NCBI GenBank assembly: GCA_002701645.1
Contig: NZWP01000012.1
Coordinates: 1-43,579, forward strand
Length of the DNA stretch: 43,579 nucleotides
From: Fidelibacterota bacterium
Lineage (GTDB): Bacteria; Fidelibacterota; Marinisomatia; Marinisomatales; Marinisomataceae
Direction: 5' to 3'
This document shows, one piece after another, positions 16,044-25,668 of the stretch. The position numbers and the translations under genes were made by a program. The notes below the pieces were generated by a model. The model had not been told where the DNA came from, made no database searches, and saw only the letters and a list, made by a program, of their open reading frames with translations. Positions within the stretch are counted from its first letter, which is position 1. Each line of letters starts with the position of its first letter.

Positions 16044-17629
16044 CTAATAAGCTTATTTTAGTTTATCTTCTAACTATATCTATATTATTTGGGCAAAGCC
16101 ATATTAGTTATGATCTTTCAAATCAATTTGGGGTTGTTTTGGATAACAATCAGATTATTTGGGATAATGATGAAAGGTTTGACGATTTATTAATTGACAG
16201 GTCATCTACATATTTTAACAATAAATTCTCTTCTTTTGATTTTAATAGCATGCCAAGTGATTCTTCTTATGTAAAAAGTAAATTTCAATATGAATTTGGA
16301 GATTATGGTTTTGATAGATTAAATATTGGACTTAAAAAGCGTTCTGAGAAAAGTGATTTTCAGTTTTTAGGAATGAAGAAAAGTTTTTTTGGTAATTATT
16401 CAGAATTTGCCAATGCAGATTCTAGTCCGCTGAGTTTATTCTATAAACTTGATTATAGCGCTAGAGTATCAGATCATGAGCTTTATTTCTCTGCTGGATA
16501 TTTTAGAGAAGATTCAAAGTTTATTTTTGATAATCAATCGGGTTTAGATACATCTATTAATAAAGAATTTTCTGATTTTTTTTCACTAACAGTTGGAGAT
16601 ATTTTTGTAAAAAATGATTGGAAGTATAATGTTGAGATTAATCATATCAGTAAATATGATAAAAGAAAAATTGTTGAATATCCGATTAATCATGAGGTAG
16701 ATATTCAAAGAAATAGATTTAATATGAAGGCAGCTAATGGTAAGCATATTTCAATAGACGCTTTTTTAGATAATAAATATTATGTAGATAAAGTATCCTC
16801 AAAAACATATAGTAGGAATACATTACAATTATCCAATAATAACAAACTTCCGTTGGGACAACTAAAGTATGGTATTGATTATATTGGCGATAAAGTCAGT
16901 CCAAATATTGCTTATAATGCTACGTTCGGTTCAGTTGAGTTCTTGATTAAAAGAGAAAATAAGCCTACTAGATTACTATTTGATTCTTACGAATTTAATG
17001 GCTTTAACGATGAAAAAGTAGAAAATTGGGATTCATTAATTTTAAACTATTATTTAAATACAAAAATTGATTTAGTTTCAAGTTTAAGATTTATTCAAGC
17101 AAATAATGTGGCTGCTAATTACATATTAGGAGAAGTTTCAATTCCTGAAGATGATGGATATCGTTTTCTTTCTGATGATATGTTGTCGCTCAAAACAAAA
17201 ATTTCAATATCTTTAAAAGAAAATAAAATAAATTTAATTCATTATCATAATTTTTATGATAGTCTTATTAGTTCCAATAGATCTGATATCATAGAAATGG
17301 ACTATCATTTTAACACTTCTTTTGTTGATAAAAAACTAGGAGTTGCTGGAAAGCTTTCAGTGATATATTTATCGGCTAATCATTCTCAGTATTCTTTTGA
17401 CTACTTTAGAAATATGCCTATATCAAATAATAGTACAAACTATAATAATAGCTATAATATTGGACTAGATTTAGATATCTCAATTGCAGATGTTCTTTTG
17501 ACAGTGCGATTTAAAAATGCACTTGATCGATTGCCAGTTGATGGAGACTATTCTATCAATAATGCTGAGCTATTCAATCCGATGAACAGCCTTCTATCTT
17601 TTGGTATTATTTGGGAATTTGACGATTAA
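16040..17629 (+). CDS. hypothetical secreted protein, putative outer-membrane beta-barrel
   Basis: Signal peptide MTNKLILVYLLTISILFGQ, alternating hydrophobic/polar strands rich in Y/N/S/D/F, and a C-terminal aromatic strand LLSFGIIWEFDD. The ATGA overlap with the upstream gene suggests translational coupling. I recognise no family. Confidence 0.4.
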   Translation: MTNKLILVYLLTISILFGQSHISYDLSNQFGVVLDNNQIIWDNDERFDDLLIDRSSTYFNNKFSSFDFNSMPSDSSYVKSKFQYEFGDYGFDRLNIGLKKRSEKSDFQFLGMKKSFFGNYSEFANADSSPLSLFYKLDYSARVSDHELYFSAGYFREDSKFIFDNQSGLDTSINKEFSDFFSLTVGDIFVKNDWKYNVEINHISKYDKRKIVEYPINHEVDIQRNRFNMKAANGKHISIDAFLDNKYYVDKVSSKTYSRNTLQLSNNNKLPLGQLKYGIDYIGDKVSPNIAYNATFGSVEFLIKRENKPTRLLFDSYEFNGFNDEKVENWDSLILNYYLNTKIDLVSSLRFIQANNVAANYILGEVSIPEDDGYRFLSDDMLSLKTKISISLKENKINLIHYHNFYDSLISSNRSDIIEMDYHFNTSFVDKKLGVAGKLSVIYLSANHSQYSFDYFRNMPISNNSTNYNNSYNIGLDLDISIADVLLTVRFKNALDRLPVDGDYSINNAELFNPMNSLLSFGIIWEFDD

Positions 17630-17753
17630 ATCTCAGTAATTACAGTAGTGGAGACTGTTCTAGAATTTCACTAGTATTCTCTACATTTACTCTGGGCTAT
17701 CTTAATGTTATTTTTATAAAATGTGAGTGATTATTTTCATAAATTCATGAAGA

Positions 17754-18287
17754 ATGAAAACAAATAATCCAAATCTAAACATCAACAACAATGTCACTCT
17801 TGTATTAAATGCTAGTTATTTACCGCTTGCAGTTTGTTCTTCAAAGCGTGCTTTATGTTTATATTTTTTAAATAAAGTTGATGTGCTAATGAACTATGAT
17901 CAGTATATATATTCTCCTTCAACTCGAATAAAAGTACCTAGCGTTGTAAAGCTAAAAACATATGTATCGTATAACAGTCTTGAAGTCGTTCTGAATAGAA
18001 AAAATTTATTACTTCGAGATAATTCATGTTGTCAGTATTGTGGATCCAAATCAAGCTTAACGGTTGATCATATCATTCCAAAATATAAAGGCGGTTCGGA
18101 TACATGGAAGAATTTGATTGTAGCTTGTTCTCCTTGTAATGCAAGGAAGGGAAATAGAACACCAAAAGAAGCAAATATGAAATTGATGAAACAACCAAAA
18201 AAACCTAATAGATTCATGTACTTTAATCAGTTTGTAAAAGATAGAAATTCAGGCTGGAAAGATTATTTATTTATAAATAGAAATTAG
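17754..18287 (+). CDS. HNH endonuclease
   Basis: CQYCGSKSSLTVDHIIPKYKGGSDTWKNLIVACSPCNARKGNRTP contains CxxC...H...N...CxxC...N, the HNH beta-beta-alpha-metal core with a zinc knuckle. Confidence 0.85.
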   Translation: MKTNNPNLNINNNVTLVLNASYLPLAVCSSKRALCLYFLNKVDVLMNYDQYIYSPSTRIKVPSVVKLKTYVSYNSLEVVLNRKNLLLRDNSCCQYCGSKSSLTVDHIIPKYKGGSDTWKNLIVACSPCNARKGNRTPKEANMKLMKQPKKPNRFMYFNQFVKDRNSGWKDYLFINRN

Positions 18288-18288
18288 A

Positions 18289-19257
18289 ATGAAGAAAAAA
18301 AGAATATTAAGCGGAGCACAACCTTCAGGGTTATTACATATCGGAAATTATTTTGGTATGATTAAAAGAATGATTGATTTTCAAGATTCCTCTGATTTGT
18401 TTTGTTTTATCGCAAACTATCATTCTTTGACATCTATTAGCAATAAAGAAGAGCTAGAGAAAAATACCTTTAATGCATTTTCTGATTTATTAGCTTTAGG
18501 GCTTGATTCTGAAAAATCTACAGTATGGGTTCAATCTCACGTACCAGCAGTGACAGAGTTAACATGGATATTATCTAATTTTACAAGCGTTGGCTTAATG
18601 CAAAGATCAACATCCTATAAAGATAAAGTCGCACATGGACTGATACCTAATATGGGACTGTTTTCTTATCCCGTATTAATGGCATCAGATATTTTATCAT
18701 TCCAATCTGATATTGTTCCTGTCGGAAAAGATCAAAAGCAGCATTTAGAAATGACAAGAGATATTGCTATAAAATTTAATAATACTCATGGACCAGTTTT
18801 TACTATTCCAGAAATTGATATTGATGAAAGTAGTGAGATAATTTTTGGAATTGATGGCAAGAAAATGAGCAAATCTTATAATAATACTATTCCTATTTTT
18901 GGTAGTGAAGAGTATATGAAAAATCAAATAATGAATATTGTAACTGATTCTGCTGGTTTGAATGAGCCCAAAGATACAGATACACCTCTTTTCAATATGT
19001 ATACATTATTTTTAAATGATGATGAAAAAAATGAACTGAAAGATAGATATGCTACGCCAGGTTTAAAGTATATGAGCATAAAAAATGAATTATATGAACA
19101 TATAATGGATTATTTTTCTAAGCAAAGAGCTTTGAAGCAGCATTCTTTAGATAATCCAGATGATATTTTCGATCTAATGGATATAGGAAGAAAAAAAGCT
19201 GAAGTTATTGCATCTGATACGCTATCAAATGTCAAAAAAGCTATTGGAATGGTTTAA
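18289..19257 (+). CDS. trpS: tryptophan--tRNA ligase
   Basis: HIGH-type motif GLLHIGNY, the KMSKS motif and VPVGKDQKQHLE; 322 aa. Confidence 0.95.
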   Translation: MKKKRILSGAQPSGLLHIGNYFGMIKRMIDFQDSSDLFCFIANYHSLTSISNKEELEKNTFNAFSDLLALGLDSEKSTVWVQSHVPAVTELTWILSNFTSVGLMQRSTSYKDKVAHGLIPNMGLFSYPVLMASDILSFQSDIVPVGKDQKQHLEMTRDIAIKFNNTHGPVFTIPEIDIDESSEIIFGIDGKKMSKSYNNTIPIFGSEEYMKNQIMNIVTDSAGLNEPKDTDTPLFNMYTLFLNDDEKNELKDRYATPGLKYMSIKNELYEHIMDYFSKQRALKQHSLDNPDDIFDLMDIGRKKAEVIASDTLSNVKKAIGMV

Positions 19258-19260
19258 GTA

Positions 19261-19983
19261 GTGTTTAATGTAAAGTTAGAAAATTTTGAAGGACCATTAG
19301 ATTTACTTTTATATTTTATTAAAAGAGATAAAATAGATATTTATGATATTCCAATTTCTAAAATCACATCAGAATATATTGATGTGCTTAACACTGCTAA
19401 AAAATTAGATGTTTCAATAGCCGGAGAGTTTCTTTTTATGGCATCATTACTATTGAGATTAAAAACAAGAATGTTATTGCCTAGACAGCAAGATGAGGAA
19501 GGATTAGATATTGATGATCCACGAATTAATTTGATAGATCAATTATTACAGTATAAAAATTTCAAAAATATTGCATATCAATTAAAAGAAATGCATGAAG
19601 AAAATAAAGATTTATTTTATCGCCCAAATGATAAGATTGTTTTTGAAGGAATGTCTAATCCTGCAGATTTTTTAAACGAAGTAAGTTTGTTTGATATATC
19701 AAAAATCTTTCAATCTGCTATCGATAATTCGTCACAAGATAATCCACTTACTCTGGTAAGAGAAACAATATCATTGCAAGAACAAAAACAGTTTATTATT
19801 TCTAGTTTTAAAAAGAAAAAAGTGATTTCATTAGCTACTTTGATTAAGAAATTAGAAAGTAAATTAGAAATTATTGTTACATTCTTGGCTGTCTTAGATA
19901 TGATTAAGGAGTCTGAATTGATTTGTAAACAAAAAAATACTTTTGACGATATTGAAATCAAATTAAATCTTATAACGGCATGA
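19261..19983 (+). CDS. scpA: segregation and condensation protein A
   Basis: A GTG start gives FNVKLENFEGPLDLLLYFIKRDKIDIYDIPI, the canonical ScpA N-terminus. Confidence 0.9.
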   Translation: MFNVKLENFEGPLDLLLYFIKRDKIDIYDIPISKITSEYIDVLNTAKKLDVSIAGEFLFMASLLLRLKTRMLLPRQQDEEGLDIDDPRINLIDQLLQYKNFKNIAYQLKEMHEENKDLFYRPNDKIVFEGMSNPADFLNEVSLFDISKIFQSAIDNSSQDNPLTLVRETISLQEQKQFIISSFKKKKVISLATLIKKLESKLEIIVTFLAVLDMIKESELICKQKNTFDDIEIKLNLITA

Positions 19984-20528
19984 AAGAACAACAATTAATT
20001 ATAGAATCTTTATTATTCGTTGCATCTGAACCTCTTTTTCAATCCGATGTAAGTAGAGTATTTGATGGACATGATGTCCCATCGTTAGATGAGATTGTTA
20101 ATGATATTAATATTAAATATTCTAATCATGCTTTTGAAATTAAAGCTGTAGGGGAGGGATATATGCTTGTTAGTAGAAAAGAATTTGAACCGTTTATATC
20201 CAAGTATATTCCAACTAAAAAACTTATGCTATCTAATGCAAGCCTAGAAGTTTTGGCAATTGTAGCATATAGGCAGCCTATACCAAGAGTAGATATTGAG
20301 TCAATAAGAGGAGTAGACTGTAAAGGTGTTTTAAAAAATCTATTGAATAAAAAACTGATAAAGATAGGAGGTAGAGATGATTCCTTGGGCAAAGCATTGC
20401 TTTATCATACTACCGATGAATATCTAAAACACTTTGGATTAACAAGTTTATCTGAAATGCCAACAAGTAGTGAGATTTCTGAAATTATAGATTCTGAAGA
20501 TAATGGAATCATTAATGAAGTTATTTAA
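19980..20528 (+). CDS. scpB: segregation and condensation protein B
   Basis: IESLLFVASEPL... and EVLAIVAYRQPIPRVDIESIRGV motifs; ATGA overlap with scpA. Confidence 0.9.
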   Translation: MKEQQLIIESLLFVASEPLFQSDVSRVFDGHDVPSLDEIVNDINIKYSNHAFEIKAVGEGYMLVSRKEFEPFISKYIPTKKLMLSNASLEVLAIVAYRQPIPRVDIESIRGVDCKGVLKNLLNKKLIKIGGRDDSLGKALLYHTTDEYLKHFGLTSLSEMPTSSEISEIIDSEDNGIINEVI

Positions 20529-21231
20529 ATTTATTTCATCATCTGGAATTGTTTCTAGAAGAAAAGCACAAGAATCCATTCAATTAGCAATGGTTACTGT
20601 TAATAACGTAGTAGTCATGGATCCTTTTGCTGACATTGATCCTCTAAAAGATGTTATTAGATTAGATAATCAAAAAATTATTTTAAACTCAAGTACTACC
20701 ACAGTAGTTTTGTATAAACCTAAAGGATTTATTTCATCTAGAAGCGATGAAATGGGTAGAAAAACAATTTTTGATTTAATCCCTAGAAAGCCTTTTTTAA
20801 ATCATGTAGGTAGATTAGATAAAGATACCACAGGTCTAATTTTGTTAACTAATGATGGAGATTTATCTCAGTTCCTAACTCATCCTAAGAATAAAATACC
20901 AAAAGAGTACGTTGCGAAGACTAATGAATTCATTAATGATAAAGTTATTAAAAAAATTGAAAGAGGTATCTTTATTGGTTCGGGGGAAAAAGGTAAAGCA
21001 AAAATTATATCACAAGAAAAAATTAAGAATACAGTGCATGTTAATATGATATTAAGACAAGGTAAAAAAAATGAAATAAGAAGAATATTTAAGTTTTCAG
21101 GTCTTAAGTTGATAGCTTTAAAAAGAATAAAGTTTGGTAATATTACATTGGATCAATTGAAAGAAGGCCAATGGAGAGAATTAACAAAGAAAGAAAAGCA
21201 ATATTTAGACAAAATAACAAGAAAAGGATAA
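20515..21231 (+). CDS. rluB: pseudouridine synthase, RsuA/RluB family (S4 domain + catalytic domain)
   Basis: S4-like MKLFKFISSSGIVSRRKAQ and the catalytic GRLDKDTTGLILLTNDG motif. The ORF-track start at 20503 is also possible. Confidence 0.85.
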   Translation: MKLFKFISSSGIVSRRKAQESIQLAMVTVNNVVVMDPFADIDPLKDVIRLDNQKIILNSSTTTVVLYKPKGFISSRSDEMGRKTIFDLIPRKPFLNHVGRLDKDTTGLILLTNDGDLSQFLTHPKNKIPKEYVAKTNEFINDKVIKKIERGIFIGSGEKGKAKIISQEKIKNTVHVNMILRQGKKNEIRRIFKFSGLKLIALKRIKFGNITLDQLKEGQWRELTKKEKQYLDKITRKG

Positions 21232-21287
21232 GATTTTAAACATCTTGGCATTTATTGAAAGAAAAACTAACTTTCTGAGCATTTTTT

Positions 21288-21947
21288 ATGGTAATAACAA
21301 TTGATGGACCTGCTGGCGTTGGTAAAACTACTACCGCAAAAAGACTAGCAAATAAGCTAGGGTACCAATATTTAGATACTGGTGCTATGTATAGAGCTGT
21401 TACTTATTTTTTTAGACAGAATTCTGTTGATATAAGCTCTGAAAGTCAGGTCAAAAAAATGTTAGATATTTTAAATTTGGAATTAGACTGTACATCTAAT
21501 GATGATATGAAACTGCTATTAGATAATAAAAATATTAGCTCACTAATTCGTAGTAAAGAAATTACGAATGCAGTAAGTAAAGTTAGTGCATTGCAAGCTG
21601 TAAGAGAAAGAATGGTAAAAATACAGAAAAATACCGCAAAGAATGGTAACTTTATTGTTGAAGGAAGAGATATCGGAACAGTAGTTTTTCCAGATGCAAA
21701 GTATAAGTTTTTTCTGGTAGCTGACTATGATACTAGAGCAAAAAGAAGATTAAAAGACTTTAAGAGAGTAAATGAGGAGTTAAACGTTAACAAAATAAAA
21801 CAAGATTTGACAGATAGAGATCAGTACGACAGTAGTCGTAAACTTTCTCCATTGAAACAGGCAAATGATGCAATTGTAATTGATACATCAAACTGCACTA
21901 TTGATGATCAAGTTAATCAAATCTATAAACACATTGAAAGAAACTAA
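21288..21947 (+). CDS. cmk: cytidylate kinase
   Basis: ITIDGPAGVGKTTTAKRLA P-loop, YLDTGAMYRA and EGRDIGTVVFPDA motifs. Confidence 0.95.
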   Translation: MVITIDGPAGVGKTTTAKRLANKLGYQYLDTGAMYRAVTYFFRQNSVDISSESQVKKMLDILNLELDCTSNDDMKLLLDNKNISSLIRSKEITNAVSKVSALQAVRERMVKIQKNTAKNGNFIVEGRDIGTVVFPDAKYKFFLVADYDTRAKRRLKDFKRVNEELNVNKIKQDLTDRDQYDSSRKLSPLKQANDAIVIDTSNCTIDDQVNQIYKHIERN

Positions 21948-21952
21948 ATAAT

Positions 21953-23743
21953 ATGAATGATCAACCTAAACAAGACATAAATAAAGAAGCAGTAGTAGAA
22001 GCAGCAGTAGCAGTAGTAGAAGCACCAGTAGAGCAACAAACTACTGAACAAGTTTCAAAAGATAAATCTCCATTAGAAGAAGTATCTTCTAACAAAACAA
22101 TTAAAGATTATTTAAGCAAAGATTTATTTGCTGGCATTAAAATAATTTCTGGCAAAGAAGATCAAGTTGAAGTTGAAAAATTGGCTGATGACATTTTAGC
22201 AGAATATGAAAGCACATTTAATGATATATCAGAGAATCAAATTATATCAGCAAAAGTAATTGGTATCAGCGATAGTGATATTATGGTAGATATTGGTTTT
22301 AAATCAGAAGGCCTAATTAGTAGATCAGAATTTAATGACAAAGACTTACCTGAGATTGGATCTAATATTGATATATTTCTTGAAAAATTTGAAGATACAG
22401 ATGGAAACATTACTTTATCAAAATATAAAGCAGATTTTATTAAGAGATGGGATGAATTAAGAACATTTGAGGAAACTAAAGAGCCTGTACAAGGAAAGAT
22501 TATTAAGCGTGTTAAAGGAGGTCTTGTAGTAGACTTAGGTGTCATACAAGCTTTCCTACCAGGATCTCAAGCCGATGTTCAGCCTATCAAGAACTTTGAT
22601 GATTTAATTGGAAAAGAATTAGATTTTCAGATTGTAAAAGTAGATGAGATGAGAAAAAATCTTGTGGTGTCTAGAAAAGCAATATTAGAAGAATCGCTAA
22701 ATGAGAAACGACAAGAATTAATGGAAAAGATTGAAGTAGGTGCACAGCTTCAAGGGTTAGTAAAAAATATAACTGATTTTGGAGCATTTGTTGATTTAGG
22801 CGGTGTTGATGGATTGATACATATCACTGATTTTTCTTGGGGTAGAATTAACCATCCATCTGAAATTGTATCGATAGGAGATGAAATCACAGTTCAAATT
22901 ATTGATTACAATCAAGAGACATCAAGAATATCTTTAGGATTAAAGCAGTTAGTAGATAATCCTTGGAAAGTAATACCAGATAAATACAGTGTTGGAGAGA
23001 TTATTACAGGTAAGATTGTTAGTATCATGAATTATGGTATTTTTATTGAATTAGAGAAAGGTATTGAAGGTTTAATTCATATATCTGAAATATCATGGAC
23101 AAAAAATATTCAAAATCTTCCAGATCAATACAAAGTTGGCGATTCTTTAGAGTCAAAAATCTTATTTATTGACGCTAACGAGCAAAAAATTAGTTTAGGT
23201 ATTAAGCAATTAACTCAAGATCCATGGAAGAATATATCTTCCCAAGTAAGTGTCGGTGACAAAAAAGAAGGCACAGTTAATAAAGTCACAAAATTTGGAG
23301 CATATGTAGATCTAGGAACAGATATTGAAGGCTTTATAAGAAATACAGATTTTCATTGGACAAAGAATCCACTACACCCAAAAGAATTTGTTAATGAAGG
23401 TGATATAATCAAGTTTGTTGTTGTAGACATATCAGATAAGGATAGAAAGATCTTATTAAGTATGAAAGATTTAGCAGAAAATCCATGGTCTGGTATAGTA
23501 GAAAAATATTCTGCAGGTGATAAACTTAAAGGAACTGTTTTAGCTATAAATGATTCTGGAGTTGTAGTTGATATGGGCGATGATATTGTAGGTCTTGTTC
23601 CTTCAGATCAAATTTCACAAGAATTAAAGAAAGATTATTTACCTTCTATTGAACCAGGTGGCACTATCGATTTATTAGTTGTTGAGGTTAAAGAAAAAGA
23701 TAAGAATGTCATCTTAATGCTTGATCAGCCTGATGCCGACTAA
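21953..23743 (+). CDS. rpsA: 30S ribosomal protein S1 (six S1 repeats) with an acidic N-terminal extension
   Basis: Repeated S1 OB-fold motifs (G.V....FGAFVDLGG.DGLIHI, GKIVSIMNYGIFIELEKGIEGLIHISE, and others). Confidence 0.95.
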   Translation: MNDQPKQDINKEAVVEAAVAVVEAPVEQQTTEQVSKDKSPLEEVSSNKTIKDYLSKDLFAGIKIISGKEDQVEVEKLADDILAEYESTFNDISENQIISAKVIGISDSDIMVDIGFKSEGLISRSEFNDKDLPEIGSNIDIFLEKFEDTDGNITLSKYKADFIKRWDELRTFEETKEPVQGKIIKRVKGGLVVDLGVIQAFLPGSQADVQPIKNFDDLIGKELDFQIVKVDEMRKNLVVSRKAILEESLNEKRQELMEKIEVGAQLQGLVKNITDFGAFVDLGGVDGLIHITDFSWGRINHPSEIVSIGDEITVQIIDYNQETSRISLGLKQLVDNPWKVIPDKYSVGEIITGKIVSIMNYGIFIELEKGIEGLIHISEISWTKNIQNLPDQYKVGDSLESKILFIDANEQKISLGIKQLTQDPWKNISSQVSVGDKKEGTVNKVTKFGAYVDLGTDIEGFIRNTDFHWTKNPLHPKEFVNEGDIIKFVVVDISDKDRKILLSMKDLAENPWSGIVEKYSAGDKLKGTVLAINDSGVVVDMGDDIVGLVPSDQISQELKKDYLPSIEPGGTIDLLVVEVKEKDKNVILMLDQPDAD

Positions 23744-24695
23744 CACTAACCAGATCAAAAGACTTCTATATTCTTTTGTTATCGCATTTATTTTTTGGTT
23801 TTTTATTAAGAGCGAAGATATTTATTCTGTTACAACAAAAATTCCTTTAGTTGCACGTAATCTTCAAGAGCAAAAGACCTATAAAGAAGAAGTTCCTGAA
23901 AGTATTATTGTTACTTTGAAAGGTTCAGGTAGAGCATTTATTTGGCTCAGATTCTTTGATAATTTTTATGAAGATTACAAAGCTGTTCTAGATTTAAGTA
24001 GTATTGCAGACGAATATAATTTTGAACTCAATCAATATTATAAAAATAATCCAGAAAAAATAGTCTTACCATCTTCGTTAGATTTAGAATTTGTTGAAGT
24101 TATATCTCCTAAAAATATAAAAATTAACTTAGATCAGTATTTGGTGAAGAAAGTACCAATCAAATCACAAGTATTGATTTCAGCTAATCCAGGATATATA
24201 CAAGTTGGAGATGCAAGTTTTTTACCAGACTCTATTAGTATTGGCGGACCTCAAGAAATTGTAGATAATATTACATTTGTCAACACTGAAAAAGATGATA
24301 TATCAAATTTAATAACATCAGTAGATAAAGAATTATTAATCATGAGTCCAGATAAATTAGTTGATTTTGATCCAAAGAAGGTTCAAGGATTTATTGATAT
24401 TCAGCCTATTAGCGAAACAATTGTAACAGGAATACCTGTAAAATTGGTTAATAAGCCTAACAATGTGAATGTATTTGTTAATCCTGCTACAGTTTCACTC
24501 ACTATCGTTGGAGGGTTAAATCAAATTGCTAGTATTGTATCTACAGATATAGAAGTTTTAATTAATTTTGAAAAGTCTTGGACTCCAGATAAACAATTTT
24601 ATTCACCAGAGGTTAGGATCCCTGACACTATTATGGAATGGAAAGATTTATCTCCAAATAATTTAGAAATTTTAGTTATAACAGAAATCAATTGA
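23733..24695 (+). CDS. membrane-anchored YbbR-like domain protein (putative)
   Basis: N-terminal TM LLYSFVIAFIFWFFI followed by repeated ~80-aa units of the form V.V...N.P........P..V.V...G, as in YbbR/CdaR-type proteins. The start could be the ATG at 23733 or the TTG at 23721. Confidence 0.45.
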   Translation: MPTNTNQIKRLLYSFVIAFIFWFFIKSEDIYSVTTKIPLVARNLQEQKTYKEEVPESIIVTLKGSGRAFIWLRFFDNFYEDYKAVLDLSSIADEYNFELNQYYKNNPEKIVLPSSLDLEFVEVISPKNIKINLDQYLVKKVPIKSQVLISANPGYIQVGDASFLPDSISIGGPQEIVDNITFVNTEKDDISNLITSVDKELLIMSPDKLVDFDPKKVQGFIDIQPISETIVTGIPVKLVNKPNNVNVFVNPATVSLTIVGGLNQIASIVSTDIEVLINFEKSWTPDKQFYSPEVRIPDTIMEWKDLSPNNLEILVITEIN

Positions 24696-25666
24696 TTATT
24701 CTAGGAATAGAGACATCTTGCGATGAAACTGGTGTAGCTATATGCGATAATTCAAAAATCATTTCTAGTTACACAAAAACACAATCGATCCATACAAAAT
24801 TTGGTGGGGTAGTACCCGAAATTGCATCAAGAGAACATGAAAAATTTTTACCTGAGATTACAGATAAAGTTCTCAAAGATTCTAAATTGGAATATTCTGA
24901 TTTAGAAGCAATTGCAGTAACAAGTGGGCCAGGGTTAATGGGTTCGCTATTATCTGGTATTTCTTTTGCTAAAGGTATGTCTCAAGGTTTAGGTATCCCT
25001 ATTATACCTATTAATCATTTAGAAGCACATTTGAATTCAGCGTTTATTGAATTTGAAGTATTAGAGCCTCCTTTCATTAATTTGCTTGTTTCCGGTGGTC
25101 ATACGCAAATATGGCTTGTCAAAGATTTATTCGAATATACTTTATTGGGAGAAACGTTAGATGATGCCTGTGGAGAAGCTTTTGATAAGGGAGCCAAAAC
25201 ATTAGGATTAAATTATCCAGGTGGACCAGAAATAGAAAAGTTAGCCACACAAGGGAATAAAGAATTGATAGATTTTCCACGTCCAATTATTAACGATGGT
25301 ACTTACAATTTTAGTTTTAGTGGACTTAAAACATCTTTAATCAATTGTGTTAATAAGAACAAATATAATTTAAGCGATGTCGCTGCCAGCTATCAAGAAG
25401 CTATTGTTGATTGTTTAGTAGGAAAATTGAAAAATTCTATGGACGATTTAAATATTAATACTGGGATAGTATGTGGTGGAGTTGCTGCAAATCAACGACT
25501 AAGAGAAAAATTAAATGAGTTAGATAAAACTATTATCTTTCCATCATTAAAGTATTGTACAGATAATGCAGATATGGTAGCATTTTTAGGAGAAAAAAAG
25601 ATTAATAATAATTCAGCTAAAATTGGGATTGATTTTTCTGCTTATTCTAGAGGTATGGTTGTTTAA
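24692..25666 (+). CDS. tsaD: tRNA N6-adenosine threonylcarbamoyltransferase TsaD
   Basis: ILGIETSCDETGVAI, INHLEAHL and LVSGGHT motifs. The TTG start overlaps the upstream stop. Confidence 0.95.
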   Translation: MIILGIETSCDETGVAICDNSKIISSYTKTQSIHTKFGGVVPEIASREHEKFLPEITDKVLKDSKLEYSDLEAIAVTSGPGLMGSLLSGISFAKGMSQGLGIPIIPINHLEAHLNSAFIEFEVLEPPFINLLVSGGHTQIWLVKDLFEYTLLGETLDDACGEAFDKGAKTLGLNYPGGPEIEKLATQGNKELIDFPRPIINDGTYNFSFSGLKTSLINCVNKNKYNLSDVAASYQEAIVDCLVGKLKNSMDDLNINTGIVCGGVAANQRLREKLNELDKTIIFPSLKYCTDNADMVAFLGEKKINNNSAKIGIDFSAYSRGMVV

Positions 25667-25668
25667 TA

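Noticed and set aside
17630-17753. Possible small ncRNA (for example SRP/4.5S RNA) or terminator in the 124-nt spacer upstream of the HNH gene
   Set aside because: No SRP domain IV-like GGAAG motif is present. Only an imperfect, bulged hairpin (about 17647-17690, GTAG..AGA / TCT..CTAC with an inner CTAG/CTAG) is visible, and no U-tract follows it. That is not enough to call a feature.
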